32,000 nt of DNA. It comes from Okeania sp. (GTDB lineage: Bacteria > Cyanobacteriota > Cyanobacteriia > Cyanobacteriales > Microcoleaceae). Under the pieces are notes generated by a model. It had not been told where the DNA came from, ran no database searches, and worked only from the letters and a program-made list of their open reading frames with translations. A program made the position numbers and the translations under genes. Each line of letters starts with the position of its first letter. Position 1 is the first letter of the stretch. The stretch lies in NCBI RefSeq assembly GCF_035285525.1, contig NZ_JAYKGW010000006.1:28357-60356 (forward strand). Reading direction: 5' to 3'. Positions 10,419-18,462 of the stretch are shown piece after piece.

Positions 10419-10528
10419 TAGGACTTACGCACGAACGCTATTGGTAGGTTGCGTTTCGCTGCGCTACATGAAAAGCGCAGTTCCTAACACACCAATACTA
10501 TATATATAGTGCCTTTGCATAAGTCCTG
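10419..10528. mobile_element. MITE family A copy A4
   Basis: The ends are TAGGACTTACGCACG and TTGCATAAGTCCTG. It has a sub-terminal ACTATATATATAGTGCC and an internal AACGCTATTGGTAGG module. Confidence 0.65.
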
Positions 10529-10557
10529 TCTGAAATAATTACCCGAAACTATTGTTT

Positions 10558-10721
10558 TCAGGACTAAAGCCATGAACGCTATTAGTAGGGCGCGTTTTGC
10601 GTTCCGCAAAGCTCCGCTTTATATATCGGCTCAAGCGCCGAAACGCTACGGGACATGTAAAGCGTCTCTCGTAAAGCACCGATACGCTATATGCTATATA
10701 TAGTGCCTTTGCGTAAGTCCT
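10558..10721. mobile_element. MITE family A copy A5
   Basis: The ends are TCAGGACTAAAGCC and TTGCGTAAGTCCTA. The internal module is AACGCTATTAGTAGGGCGCG...GCTCAAGCGCCG. It ends 58 nt after the stop of the repeat-protein gene. Confidence 0.65.
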
Positions 10722-10779
10722 AGTTTTGTCAAAGTTTTGAGTTAATATAATCCAACTGCTGATTTCAGTGAAGTGGTAT

Positions 10780-11625
10780 TTAGTATACCACTGCTCCTGG
10801 TCCCTCAGAGATACCAGTATTCCGTATGTTTTGGTCTCCAGACCATTCGGAACCATCAAATGTATTGCACCATAACCATCCACTATCATCTCGGCCTTGA
10901 TGGAAGACATGAATTTGATCATTGTAGACTACCGCGTCGGGACCAGCTGTAATCCCTGTGTCCGGTACTTTTTCGTCTCCAGTCCACTCGGAACCATCAA
11001 AAACATTACACCATAACCAGCCATTATCGCCTCGGCCTTCATGGAAAACATAAATTTTGTCGTTGTATACCACTGCTGCTGGATCGTCAGTTAGACCAGT
11101 CGCCCGTACTTCAGTGTCTCCAGCCCACTCGGAACCATCAAAAACATTGTACCAAAGCCAGCCACTATCTCCTCGGCCTTGATGGAACACATAAATTTTG
11201 TCGTTATATACTACTGCTGATGGACTAGAGGTAATTCCTGTATTGGGTACTTTTTGGTCTCCAGCCCACTCGGAACCATCAAAAACATTGTACCAGAGCC
11301 AGCCATTATCTCCTCGACCTTGATGAAACACATAAATTTTGTCGTTGTATACTACTGCTGATGGCCCAGCGGTGATTCCGGTATTGCCTATTTCAGTATC
11401 TCCAGCCCATTCGGAACCATCAAAAACATTGTACCAGAGCCAACCATTATCTCCTCGACCTTGATGGAATACATAGATTTCGTCGTTGTAGACTACTGCT
11501 GATGGATCTCCAGTTATTCCAGTTTTGGGTACTTCAGTGTCTCCAGTCCACTCGGAACCATCAAAAACATTGCACCAGAGCCAACCTTTGTCTCCTCGGC
11601 CTTGATGAAATACGAATATGTTACT
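10780..11625 (-). repeat. Six in-phase tandem 141-bp units making up the whole CDS
   Basis: The landmark GAACCATCAAA recurs at 10850, 10991, 11132, 11273, 11414 and 11555, an exact 141-nt spacing. Long stretches are identical between units. Confidence 0.95.
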
Positions 11626-11628
11626 CAT
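10780..11628 (-). CDS. Six-repeat (6 x 47 aa) predicted beta-propeller protein, possibly lectin-like (a pattern reminiscent of RSL/AAL-type fucose lectin blades)
   Basis: The 282 aa equal exactly 6 x 47. Each unit reads IYVFHQGRGD.GWLW.NVFDGSEW.GD....NTGIT..PSAVVYND. There is no signal peptide and no other domain. The lectin assignment rests on pattern similarity only. Confidence 0.75.
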   Translation of the reverse strand: MSNIFVFHQGRGDKGWLWCNVFDGSEWTGDTEVPKTGITGDPSAVVYNDEIYVFHQGRGDNGWLWYNVFDGSEWAGDTEIGNTGITAGPSAVVYNDKIYVFHQGRGDNGWLWYNVFDGSEWAGDQKVPNTGITSSPSAVVYNDKIYVFHQGRGDSGWLWYNVFDGSEWAGDTEVRATGLTDDPAAVVYNDKIYVFHEGRGDNGWLWCNVFDGSEWTGDEKVPDTGITAGPDAVVYNDQIHVFHQGRDDSGWLWCNTFDGSEWSGDQNIRNTGISEGPGAVVY

Positions 11629-11995
11629 TATTGATAAAATTCCTACAATTATTAGTTGATATTAGACTTAATTCTGGTTTCTCTTTGTAACCTACAACAC
11701 CTATATTCTATTGTTGAGGGTTATTGAGGAACAAGACTCATAACATTCTGAACTATGATTGTTTTCATGTCAATAGATAAAACTAAGCGCTTATGCACAA
11801 ATCTTTCCTCTAGAAATTGATAACAATTTGAGCAAGACCCTTTAATATTTGCAAAACTACATAAATATCATGTTGCAGGTTTAGAGCAAAATGATGGGCT
11901 TTTACCCATACTTTTAATTCTTTGAAATCTCTCAAATACTTTTTCTTCCTGATAATGGTAATTAAGCTTTTACCTAATAGGTGAGACCTAAATGC

Positions 11996-12487
11996 TTACA
12001 CAATTTCCAACTCTAAATTATGACTTTTAGCAAAATCGTGCGTAAAATGATCTACAACATTTGTATCACTTAATTCTAGGTTATAAAAATCTACAAAATC
12101 TTGCTCAAAATAAGGACCAGCGTGCCAAGTTCCCACCTCTAATTTAATAAAACAATTCCCAGGAATTTTAAAAGCAATTACATCTTCTAATTTAGGTGCA
12201 TCTTCTGTACAAGGTGCAGCGACTGCCATTAACCATTCTTTTCCTTCTAGAGAACCTAAACATTGAGTACATTGCCCATGACGAGTAATTTTTGTAAACT
12301 TTAGACCTTTATTATTTAACCTCATAATATAGAATCTTGGAATACCATTTTCTAAACTTAATTGAGCATCATCTTTGTCATATTTTTTACCATCTTCTGA
12401 AGCCCAGATTACTTGCCCAAAAGGTTGAAAATTATGTGATGTAATTTCCTGAGCAATTAGTTGTTTAACTATTTTTGAATTAGTCAT
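11996..12487 (-). CDS. Ureidoglycolate lyase (AllA)-family protein
   Basis: The 163-aa ORF has F.PFGQVI near the N-terminus. ITRHGQCTQCLGSLEGKEWLMAVAAP aligns with the ERHP.GTQ.F.P block of AllA. GTWHAGPYF aligns with N.WHHPLF. Confidence 0.65.
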   Translation of the reverse strand: MTNSKIVKQLIAQEITSHNFQPFGQVIWASEDGKKYDKDDAQLSLENGIPRFYIMRLNNKGLKFTKITRHGQCTQCLGSLEGKEWLMAVAAPCTEDAPKLEDVIAFKIPGNCFIKLEVGTWHAGPYFEQDFVDFYNLELSDTNVVDHFTHDFAKSHNLELEIV

Positions 12488-12712
12488 TTTTTCTCCTTTT
12501 TATTATTTTAATTTTTAGTTGGTATTGAATAGTTTTATGTAAGCATTTAGCTATTAGTTGTCAGCCGTCATAAATTAATATCCTGCTGTTTTAATAGGTT
12601 TGAATTTATGGTCAATTAATAAAAAAATATTACCTCAAATCAAAATCAAAAACTAATAGTTAATAGTTAATAACTGATGGCTGACTTACGCTTTTATTTT
12701 ACCAAAAATATC

Positions 12713-12986
12713 TAGGGTTTGCGCTTCTTCAGTCTTTTAGTACCAGGGAGAAGCCAAAATCCAAAAGGAATAAGAATTACAGAAGAGTAGGGACGTAGGG
12801 ACGTTGCATACAACGTCCGTACAGAAGAATTATCTCTTGATTTACGGTTCCCGAAAAATCGTCTAATTATGATAGAAAATCCTAGACTTTTTAGCTTTCA
12901 AGACTTAAAAGCTGGTACTTTTGACCTACCTAAAAATGCTAAAAGGTTTATCTGTAAACCCTTTCATCAATAATTAAACCAGCCCT
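12713..12986. mobile_element. Family D element copy D2, inverted relative to D1
   Basis: The reverse complement aligns end to end with 8363-8624. It carries an extra small hairpin module (12798-12818) that D1 lacks. Confidence 0.7.
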
Positions 12987-13238
12987 ATCTAATGTTTAAA
13001 GCTATATATACTCAGATTTTACTTCTAGGGAGTCATCGGGTATGAAGTTTTACTTTGTCATTTGCCAAGAAATTTATTTCTTATCTCACAACAAAAGTCA
13101 TCTTTAAATGACTGATTTATTATGACTAATTAATCAGACAAAATATAAAGCTAATATGTAATTCGGTTGAAAAATTGTTATGGCTTTGATAATTACTAAC
13201 CAGTAATTTGTTAATTATTATTATAGTTACTTGTCTTG

Positions 13239-14852
13239 TCAAGAGGTTAATATACTAATTTGCTCAATAAATCGCTTCGGAATATCTAATCTATTTCCCC
13301 AATGCAAATGAAGATAAGAAGCATGAATTTGATAAATTTTCCAACCATCAAAAGTTACCTGGCTTTCCAATCTTTTTTCGTCAATTCGCCACATTTTATA
13401 TATAGACATTGAGGCTGTTTCAGTTAATTCTGAACGATGAAACTCATGCCCATAAACTTGTTTATTTTCTGCTAATAATGGAGTATTTATATTAGTAATT
13501 GCTTGCCTATATCCTAACTTTAAACTTTTCCCCATTACTGCCTTGGTTGGCAAAATTCCTACCATTTCCCAAGAGTTATTCTTAAAGTCAATAATTCCCT
13601 CAGATAAATACATCAATCCACCACATTCTGCATAAGTCGGCACTCCTGAAATAATTGCTTTTTTCACCGCATTTCTAACCAGAATATTTTCACTTAACTG
13701 TTGAGCAAAAATTTCTGGAAACCCACCGCCAAAATATAAACCTTTTATTTCTTCAGGTAATTTTTCATCTTTTAGCGGACTCCAAAATACTATTTTGGCT
13801 CCTAACTCTTCCAAAATATCTAAGTTATCTTGATAATAAAAATTAAATGCGCGATCGCGAGCTACTCCTATTAAAATTTCTGACTTTCTTTTATCAGAAT
13901 TATTGATATCTGACCAGGGCGGATATATGGTTTTATCAGAGCAAATATTAGTAGATAAAATTTGCTGATATTTCTCATTTTTAACTTTTAAAAAAGGCAG
14001 TAACTTTTCCCAATCAAAACAAGTTTTTGCCAAGTCAGCTAAGTCATTAATTAAAATACCTAAATCTGGCATTTCATCAGTGGGAACTAAACCTAAATGT
14101 CGGTCAGGAATAGTAATATTTTGATGCCTTCTCAAAACTCCAAGTATAGGTAAATTTATAGATTTTAAAGAATTTTCTAGTAGTTGTAAATGGCGATCGC
14201 TCCCCACCCGGTTCAGTATCAAACCAGCAAAATTAATAGTAGGATCGAAAGAAACAAAACCGTGAGCGATCGCTGCCACAGAAGCAGACAACCGACTACA
14301 GTCAAGCACCAACAAAATAGGCAAATTTAGTAACCGGGAAATATGAGCAGTAGAAGCAAAACTGGGAAAGCCATCATTTTCTCCCCCCCTGTCAAAAGGG
14401 GGATTATATCTTTCCCAGCCATCATTTTTTCCCCCTCTGGGAAAGCCATCATCTTCTCCCCCCCTGTCAAAGGGGGGATTATATCTTTCCAAACCATCAT
14501 TTTTTCCCCCTCTGGGAAAGCCATCATTTTTCCCCCCCCTTTCAAAGGGGGGTAAGGGGGGATTAAAACTCACCCCATCAAACAAACCCATTACTCCTTC
14601 CACCAGAGCAAAATCAACATTCTGAATATTGCGACCAAAACATTGTTGCACATAAACTTCAGAAGTCAGCACCGGATCTAAATTTCGACAAGGTTTACCC
14701 GTCACATATTGATGAAACATGGGGTCAATGTAATCAGGCCCCACTTTAAATGATTGCACCCGGAAATGTTGCTGTTTTAAATAAGCTAGTAACGCTAACG
14801 TAATAGTTGTTTTACCAACACCACTGCGTTCCCCTGCAACTATTAAACTCAA
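13239..14852 (-). CDS. cbiA: Cobyrinate a,c-diamide synthase carrying a ~65-aa in-frame repeat insertion
   Basis: The N-terminus is SLIVAGERSGVGKTTITLAL (P-loop). It also has GPDYIDP and GVMGLFDG motifs. The C-terminal GATase part carries YAECGGLMYL (Cys nucleophile) and GHEFH. The apparent start is TTG at 14850-14852. The insertion lies between GLFDG and STAHISRLLNLPILLVLD. Confidence 0.9.
   Translation of the reverse strand: MSLIVAGERSGVGKTTITLALLAYLKQQHFRVQSFKVGPDYIDPMFHQYVTGKPCRNLDPVLTSEVYVQQCFGRNIQNVDFALVEGVMGLFDGVSFNPPLPPFERGGKNDGFPRGGKNDGLERYNPPFDRGGEDDGFPRGGKNDGWERYNPPFDRGGENDGFPSFASTAHISRLLNLPILLVLDCSRLSASVAAIAHGFVSFDPTINFAGLILNRVGSDRHLQLLENSLKSINLPILGVLRRHQNITIPDRHLGLVPTDEMPDLGILINDLADLAKTCFDWEKLLPFLKVKNEKYQQILSTNICSDKTIYPPWSDINNSDKRKSEILIGVARDRAFNFYYQDNLDILEELGAKIVFWSPLKDEKLPEEIKGLYFGGGFPEIFAQQLSENILVRNAVKKAIISGVPTYAECGGLMYLSEGIIDFKNNSWEMVGILPTKAVMGKSLKLGYRQAITNINTPLLAENKQVYGHEFHRSELTETASMSIYKMWRIDEKRLESQVTFDGWKIYQIHASYLHLHWGNRLDIPKRFIEQISILTS
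14364..14570 (-). repeat. Intragenic 75-nt tandem repeat (2.7 copies) with internal C5-7/G5-7 hairpins
   Basis: The units start at 14364, 14439 and 14514. They encode a 25-aa period, NPPFDRGGE(D/N)DGFPRGGKNDG(W/L)ERY. The ORF track shows the tract is also open in a second minus frame (14327-14545) and in one plus frame (14343-14555). Confidence 0.9.
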
Positions 14853-14890
14853 TCTTTCCCCCTTTTTTTTTCTAACTGAATTTTTTTCAG

Positions 14891-15334
14891 TTAGGAAACA
14901 CCTTCTTCTTCATATATTTTATGTTCTCGGTTAATAAAAACTTCAGCTAATGCCTGATAAGCTTCTGCCCAAGCAGCTATAACTTCTGGCGTTGCATCCT
15001 CTCTCAAAACATCTTTCATAGCTTCCAACATACATTCTCCAACTACCGGATATTGTTCTGGTTGTACATGAGTTTGTACATGACGGTGAGCAATAGTTTC
15101 AACTGCTGATTTTAAACTAGCCAAATCATCAATATGAGTAGCATAAGCATAAACTGCAGTTGCTAACTTAGCTGGTTGAGAGCCATCAGCTTGAGCTGAC
15201 ATATCAAATTGTGACTTAACTTCTGGATGTTTTTCAAACATTATTTCATACATCCGAGAAGTAATTTTCTTTCCTTCTTTTTTGAGGATAGGTGCTGTAG
15301 ATTTGACAATATCAATTGTTTTTTGACTAACCAT
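14891..15334 (-). CDS. Single-domain bacterial haemoglobin (Vitreoscilla Vgb / flavohaemoglobin globin-domain type, without a reductase domain)
   Basis: The 147-aa ORF shows SRMYEIMFEKHPEVKSQF (B10 Tyr), SQPAKLATAVYAYA, and IAHRHVQTHVQPEQYPVVGECML (proximal His). These motifs are colinear with the Hmp/Vgb globin domain. The stop lies 38 nt upstream of the cbiA start. Confidence 0.8.
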   Translation of the reverse strand: MVSQKTIDIVKSTAPILKKEGKKITSRMYEIMFEKHPEVKSQFDMSAQADGSQPAKLATAVYAYATHIDDLASLKSAVETIAHRHVQTHVQPEQYPVVGECMLEAMKDVLREDATPEVIAAWAEAYQALAEVFINREHKIYEEEGVS

Positions 15335-15352
15335 AATTTATTGTTAATAACT

Positions 15353-15475
15353 TCAGGATTTAGGCAAAATTTACGCACAAAACAAAAAGGATTTATCTAC
15401 AAAATCAAAATCTCCTGACTGGAAAATAATTAGGGCAATAAACCCGGTTTTTTGGTTGGTGTGCATAACTCCTGA
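15353..15475. mobile_element. Degenerate family A-like palindromic element in the globin leader/promoter region
   Basis: The left end is TCAGGATTTAGGCA. The right end is TGCATAACTCCTGA, which matches 11 of 14 positions as an inverted repeat. The right arm AATAAACCCGGTTTT resembles the right arm of A3. It starts 19 nt upstream of the globin ATG. Confidence 0.4.
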
Positions 15476-15608
15476 TTTTATCTCACAATAATTTACTTTT
15501 GAATAAAATAAACTTTTTCTTTATATACAGTCAAAAAAATTTTTGAGGTATCAATAGTACAAATTACTACTCTTACTTTTACAAACTAAAATTAAATTAA
15601 TATAAACC

Positions 15609-16316
15609 TTACTTAAATTTAGATTGACATTTAATAATTTCTGAAGCTTCTCGTAAAAGTAAGTCTTGTTCATTTTTAATTTCTTCTAACCTAGTCAAAA
15701 TCTGCATTAATCTCTGACGATTGTTTATAATTTTATTTGTAGAATCTATTGACGTTAAGTTTTTTCCTAAACCAGTTTGGTCAATATTTTTTTTAAATGA
15801 CTTCCCTGAATTACTAAATACTTGCCGAAAAAATCCTAATAATAAAAATATCAAAAACAAACCAGTTATTAATGTAATTAAAGTATGAGAGTAAACCCAT
15901 TCTAAAACATCAGGAGAAAGATAACGTTGAATTACTTCAGGAATTTGGAGATTCAAATTTTCCCTAATTTCCATTATCTTTTCCCCTACTTCAGTGAAAA
16001 TATTTACAGCTTGACTAATTTGAGTAGTAGCTAGATCAGTTATTTTCTGGGTTGTTTCAGTAAAAAAATCTTTGGTATGTGCAGTTATTTTAGAAATACC
16101 ATTTACAGCACTGTTAGTAGTTTCTGATATAACTTCAACACCTTGATTTTTAGCTTTATTGATACTATCAAATGATAGATGAGTTAATTCTGATAGAGAA
16201 TTTTTTACTACTTCTGTTCCCTGATAAAAATACTCTTTTACTCCGTCATATTTTTCAAATAAAAAATCTTTACTCTGATTAAAACTTTCAGATATATTAG
16301 ATAATTCCATATTCAT
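15609..16316 (-). CDS. Hypothetical single-pass membrane protein with helical repeat regions on both sides of the membrane helix
   Basis: The 235-aa ORF has one hydrophobic helix (HTLITLITGLFLIFLLLGFF). It is flanked by low-complexity helical, coiled-coil-like sequence. I recognise no family. Confidence 0.55.
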   Translation of the reverse strand: MNMELSNISESFNQSKDFLFEKYDGVKEYFYQGTEVVKNSLSELTHLSFDSINKAKNQGVEVISETTNSAVNGISKITAHTKDFFTETTQKITDLATTQISQAVNIFTEVGEKIMEIRENLNLQIPEVIQRYLSPDVLEWVYSHTLITLITGLFLIFLLLGFFRQVFSNSGKSFKKNIDQTGLGKNLTSIDSTNKIINNRQRLMQILTRLEEIKNEQDLLLREASEIIKCQSKFK

Positions 16317-16608
16317 ATTTATCTGTTTTCAAATTATATAAAAAAATCAGTTTTACTACTAACAATATACAGGGGTTTCCGTTTCTATCAGGTATATCTA
16401 TGACAGACAAGATTCCGGCACTACAATATTTTTACTATTCACGCTTTGCATATCATTGTAATCATTTCCTACGGAATGCTGCCCAAACAGCTATTAGCGT
16501 TTCTGTTCCCGAAAGCTGCGGAAACAGCTCTTCCTAAAGAATGGACTCACATTCAGCTTTTTAACAAATGACGTAATTATCCGTTATCTATTAATCAACC
16601 ATACTTTA

Positions 16609-16700
16609 TCAGGACTTACGCAAATTTACTATATATAGAGTTTTTTAACTATTGCACAATAGTTAAAAGAACTATATCTAGAGTTGCTGCGTAACTCCTG
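16609..16700. mobile_element. MITE family A copy A7
   Basis: The sequence reads TCAGGACTTACGCAAAT...AACTATTGCACAATAGTT...GCTGCGTAACTCCTG. Confidence 0.7.
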
Positions 16701-16740
16701 TTTATAATTCTGAGAAATCTAGCTTATTGCTTTTTCCTCT

Positions 16741-16830
16741 TCAGGACTTAGAGAAAGATACTATATATAAACCAAAAAAACTATTGCGCAATAGTAAAGA
16801 ACTATATCTAGGGTGGCTGCGTAAGTTCTG
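16741..16830. mobile_element. MITE family A copy A8
   Basis: The sequence reads TCAGGACTTAGAGAAAG...AACTATTGCGCAATAGT...GCTGCGTAAGTTCTG. It lies 40 nt from A7 and has the same architecture. Confidence 0.7.
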
Positions 16831-16939
16831 CTCTTTTAAAGTTAATAAAGCTGATGACTCAGAGCTAATAGCTGAATGCTTACCCAAAAATTCCAAATTA
16901 AATCAATTCTTATCCAGAATTATCAATTATTTCTTTCTC

Positions 16940-16967
16940 TTCCCTGTTCCCTGTTCTCTGTTCCCTA
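16940..16967. repeat. Heptamer tandem tract, TTCCCTG-type x4 (STRR-like)
   Basis: The tract reads TTCCCTG TTCCCTG TTCTCTG TTCCCTA. The same heptamer family occurs at 21692-21726. Confidence 0.85.
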
Positions 16968-16982
16968 TTTTCAAACTATACC

Positions 16983-17022
16983 AAAAAAGAAAAACCTCAC
17001 CCAAATTTAGGCGAGGTTTTTC
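16983..17022 (-). terminator. Intrinsic terminator of psbC
   Basis: The minus-strand RNA reads GAAAAACCUCGCC-UAAAUUU-GGGUGAGGUUUUUC followed by UUUUUU. It lies 43 nt after the psbC stop. Confidence 0.7.
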
Positions 17023-17064
17023 AACTATTTCTAGAATAAACCAGCTAAATACAATGACCTAATA

Positions 17065-18447
17065 TTAGTCAAGGTTAGGCATAGATAGCACTGGTTCTGA
17101 TTCACGGTTGAGACCCTTCTCGAAACCACCCTCAGCAGCACGAGCCCGACCCGCGTGCCATAAGTGACCAATCAAGAAAAAGAAACCAAGAATGAAGTGA
17201 GCAGCAGCTAACCAAGCACGAGGGTTAACGTAGTTGAAACCGTTAATATCTGTAATGATACCACCTACAGAGTTGATGGAACCGTTAGGAGCGTGAGTCA
17301 TGTACTCAGCAGCACGACGAACTTGCCAAGGCTGAATATCATTCTTCAATTTGTTTAAGTCTAGACCGTTAGGACCACGAAGAGGCTCTAACCAAGGACC
17401 ACGGAAGTCCCAGAAACGCATTGTTTCACCACCGAAGATGATTTCACCAGTAGGAGAACGCATGAGGTACTTACCAAGACCAGTAGGACCTTGAGCAGAA
17501 CCAATATTCGCACCTAATTTTTGGTCACGAACTAAGAATACAAAAGACTGAGCTTGAGAAGCTTCAGCATTAGTAGGACCGTAAAATTCGCTAGGATAAG
17601 CAGTGTTGTTAAACCATACGAAACATGCAGCAATTAAACCCATCATAGACAAAGCGCCTAAACTGTAGGAGAGATAAGCTTCTCCAGACCAGATGAAAGC
17701 GCGACGTGCCCAACCAAAAGGCTTAGTTAAAATATGCCACACACCACCGAAGATACAAATTAGGCCAACCCAGATATGTCCACCGATGATATCTTCCATG
17801 TTATCAACACCGATTAGCCAGCCTTCACCACCGAAAGGTGCTTTAGCTAGATAACCAAAGATAACAGCAGGATTAAGAGTAGGGTTAGTAATTACCCGGA
17901 CATCACCACCACCTGGCGCCCATGTATCATATACACCACCAAAGAACATGGCTTTAAATACTAATAATAGCGCACCACAACCTAATAGGATTAAGTGGTA
18001 ACCAATAATGTTAGTCATTTGGTTTTTATCTTTCCAGTCATACCCGAAGAAAGAAGAGTATTCTTCTAGAGTTTCTGGACCACGAACAGCGTGATAAATA
18101 CCGCCTAAGCCAAGAACAGCAGATGAGATTAAGTGTAAAACACCTACTACAAAGTATGGGAAGATGTCAATAACTTCACCACCAGGACCAATACCCCAAC
18201 CTAAAGTAGCAATGTGGGGCATGAGAATTAAGCCTTGCTCATACATAGGCTTTTCTGGGACAAAGTGAGCAACTTCAAATAAAGTCATTGCTCCAGCCCA
18301 GAATACAATTAGACCTGCGTGAGCAACGTGAGCCCCCAGCAGTTTACCGGATAGATTAATGAGACGAGCGTTACCAGACCACCAGGCAAAACCGGTGGAT
18401 TCTATGTCACGGCCTCCCATCATGGAAGAACTAGAGACTGTTACCAC
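17065..18447 (-). CDS. psbC: Photosystem II CP43 chlorophyll apoprotein
   Basis: The 460-aa ORF is near-identical in long blocks to canonical CP43 ([40 protein letters not shown]). The large lumenal loop is present, with [26 protein letters not shown] (the Mn-cluster Glu/Arg region). Its length excludes IsiA/Pcb. The start is GTG. Confidence 0.95.
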   Translation of the reverse strand: MVTVSSSSMMGGRDIESTGFAWWSGNARLINLSGKLLGAHVAHAGLIVFWAGAMTLFEVAHFVPEKPMYEQGLILMPHIATLGWGIGPGGEVIDIFPYFVVGVLHLISSAVLGLGGIYHAVRGPETLEEYSSFFGYDWKDKNQMTNIIGYHLILLGCGALLLVFKAMFFGGVYDTWAPGGGDVRVITNPTLNPAVIFGYLAKAPFGGEGWLIGVDNMEDIIGGHIWVGLICIFGGVWHILTKPFGWARRAFIWSGEAYLSYSLGALSMMGLIAACFVWFNNTAYPSEFYGPTNAEASQAQSFVFLVRDQKLGANIGSAQGPTGLGKYLMRSPTGEIIFGGETMRFWDFRGPWLEPLRGPNGLDLNKLKNDIQPWQVRRAAEYMTHAPNGSINSVGGIITDINGFNYVNPRAWLAAAHFILGFFFLIGHLWHAGRARAAEGGFEKGLNRESEPVLSMPNLD

Positions 18448-18456
18448 TTAGTAGAA

Positions 18457-18462
18457 CCTCCT
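18457..18462 (-). promoter_or_regulatory. Shine-Dalgarno AGGAGG for psbC
   Basis: AGGAGG on the minus strand lies 9 nt upstream of the GTG at 18445-18447. Confidence 0.5.

Noticed and set aside
10539-10922. 127-aa ORF overlapping the 3' end of the six-repeat gene
   Set aside because: It is mostly translated MITE A5 sequence plus an out-of-frame overlap. I recognise no features in it.
14327-14555. ORFs 14327-14545 (-) and 14343-14555 (+), which overlap cbiA
   Set aside because: They are by-products of the stop-free 75-nt repeat. The cbiA frame is the one flanked by conserved enzyme sequence.
14853-15608. A cobalamin riboswitch upstream of cbiA or the globin
   Set aside because: I could not find a B12-box-like conserved core on the minus strand. 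The region is occupied by the globin CDS and a palindromic repeat.
16727-17062. 111-aa ORF on the + strand
   Set aside because: It runs through MITE A8, a heptamer tract and the psbC terminator hairpin. Its composition is low-complexity and repeat-derived.
17065-18447. The possibility that this is isiA or a pcb gene rather than psbC
   Set aside because: The 460-aa length and the complete large lumenal loop, including [26 protein letters not shown], identify CP43 proper.
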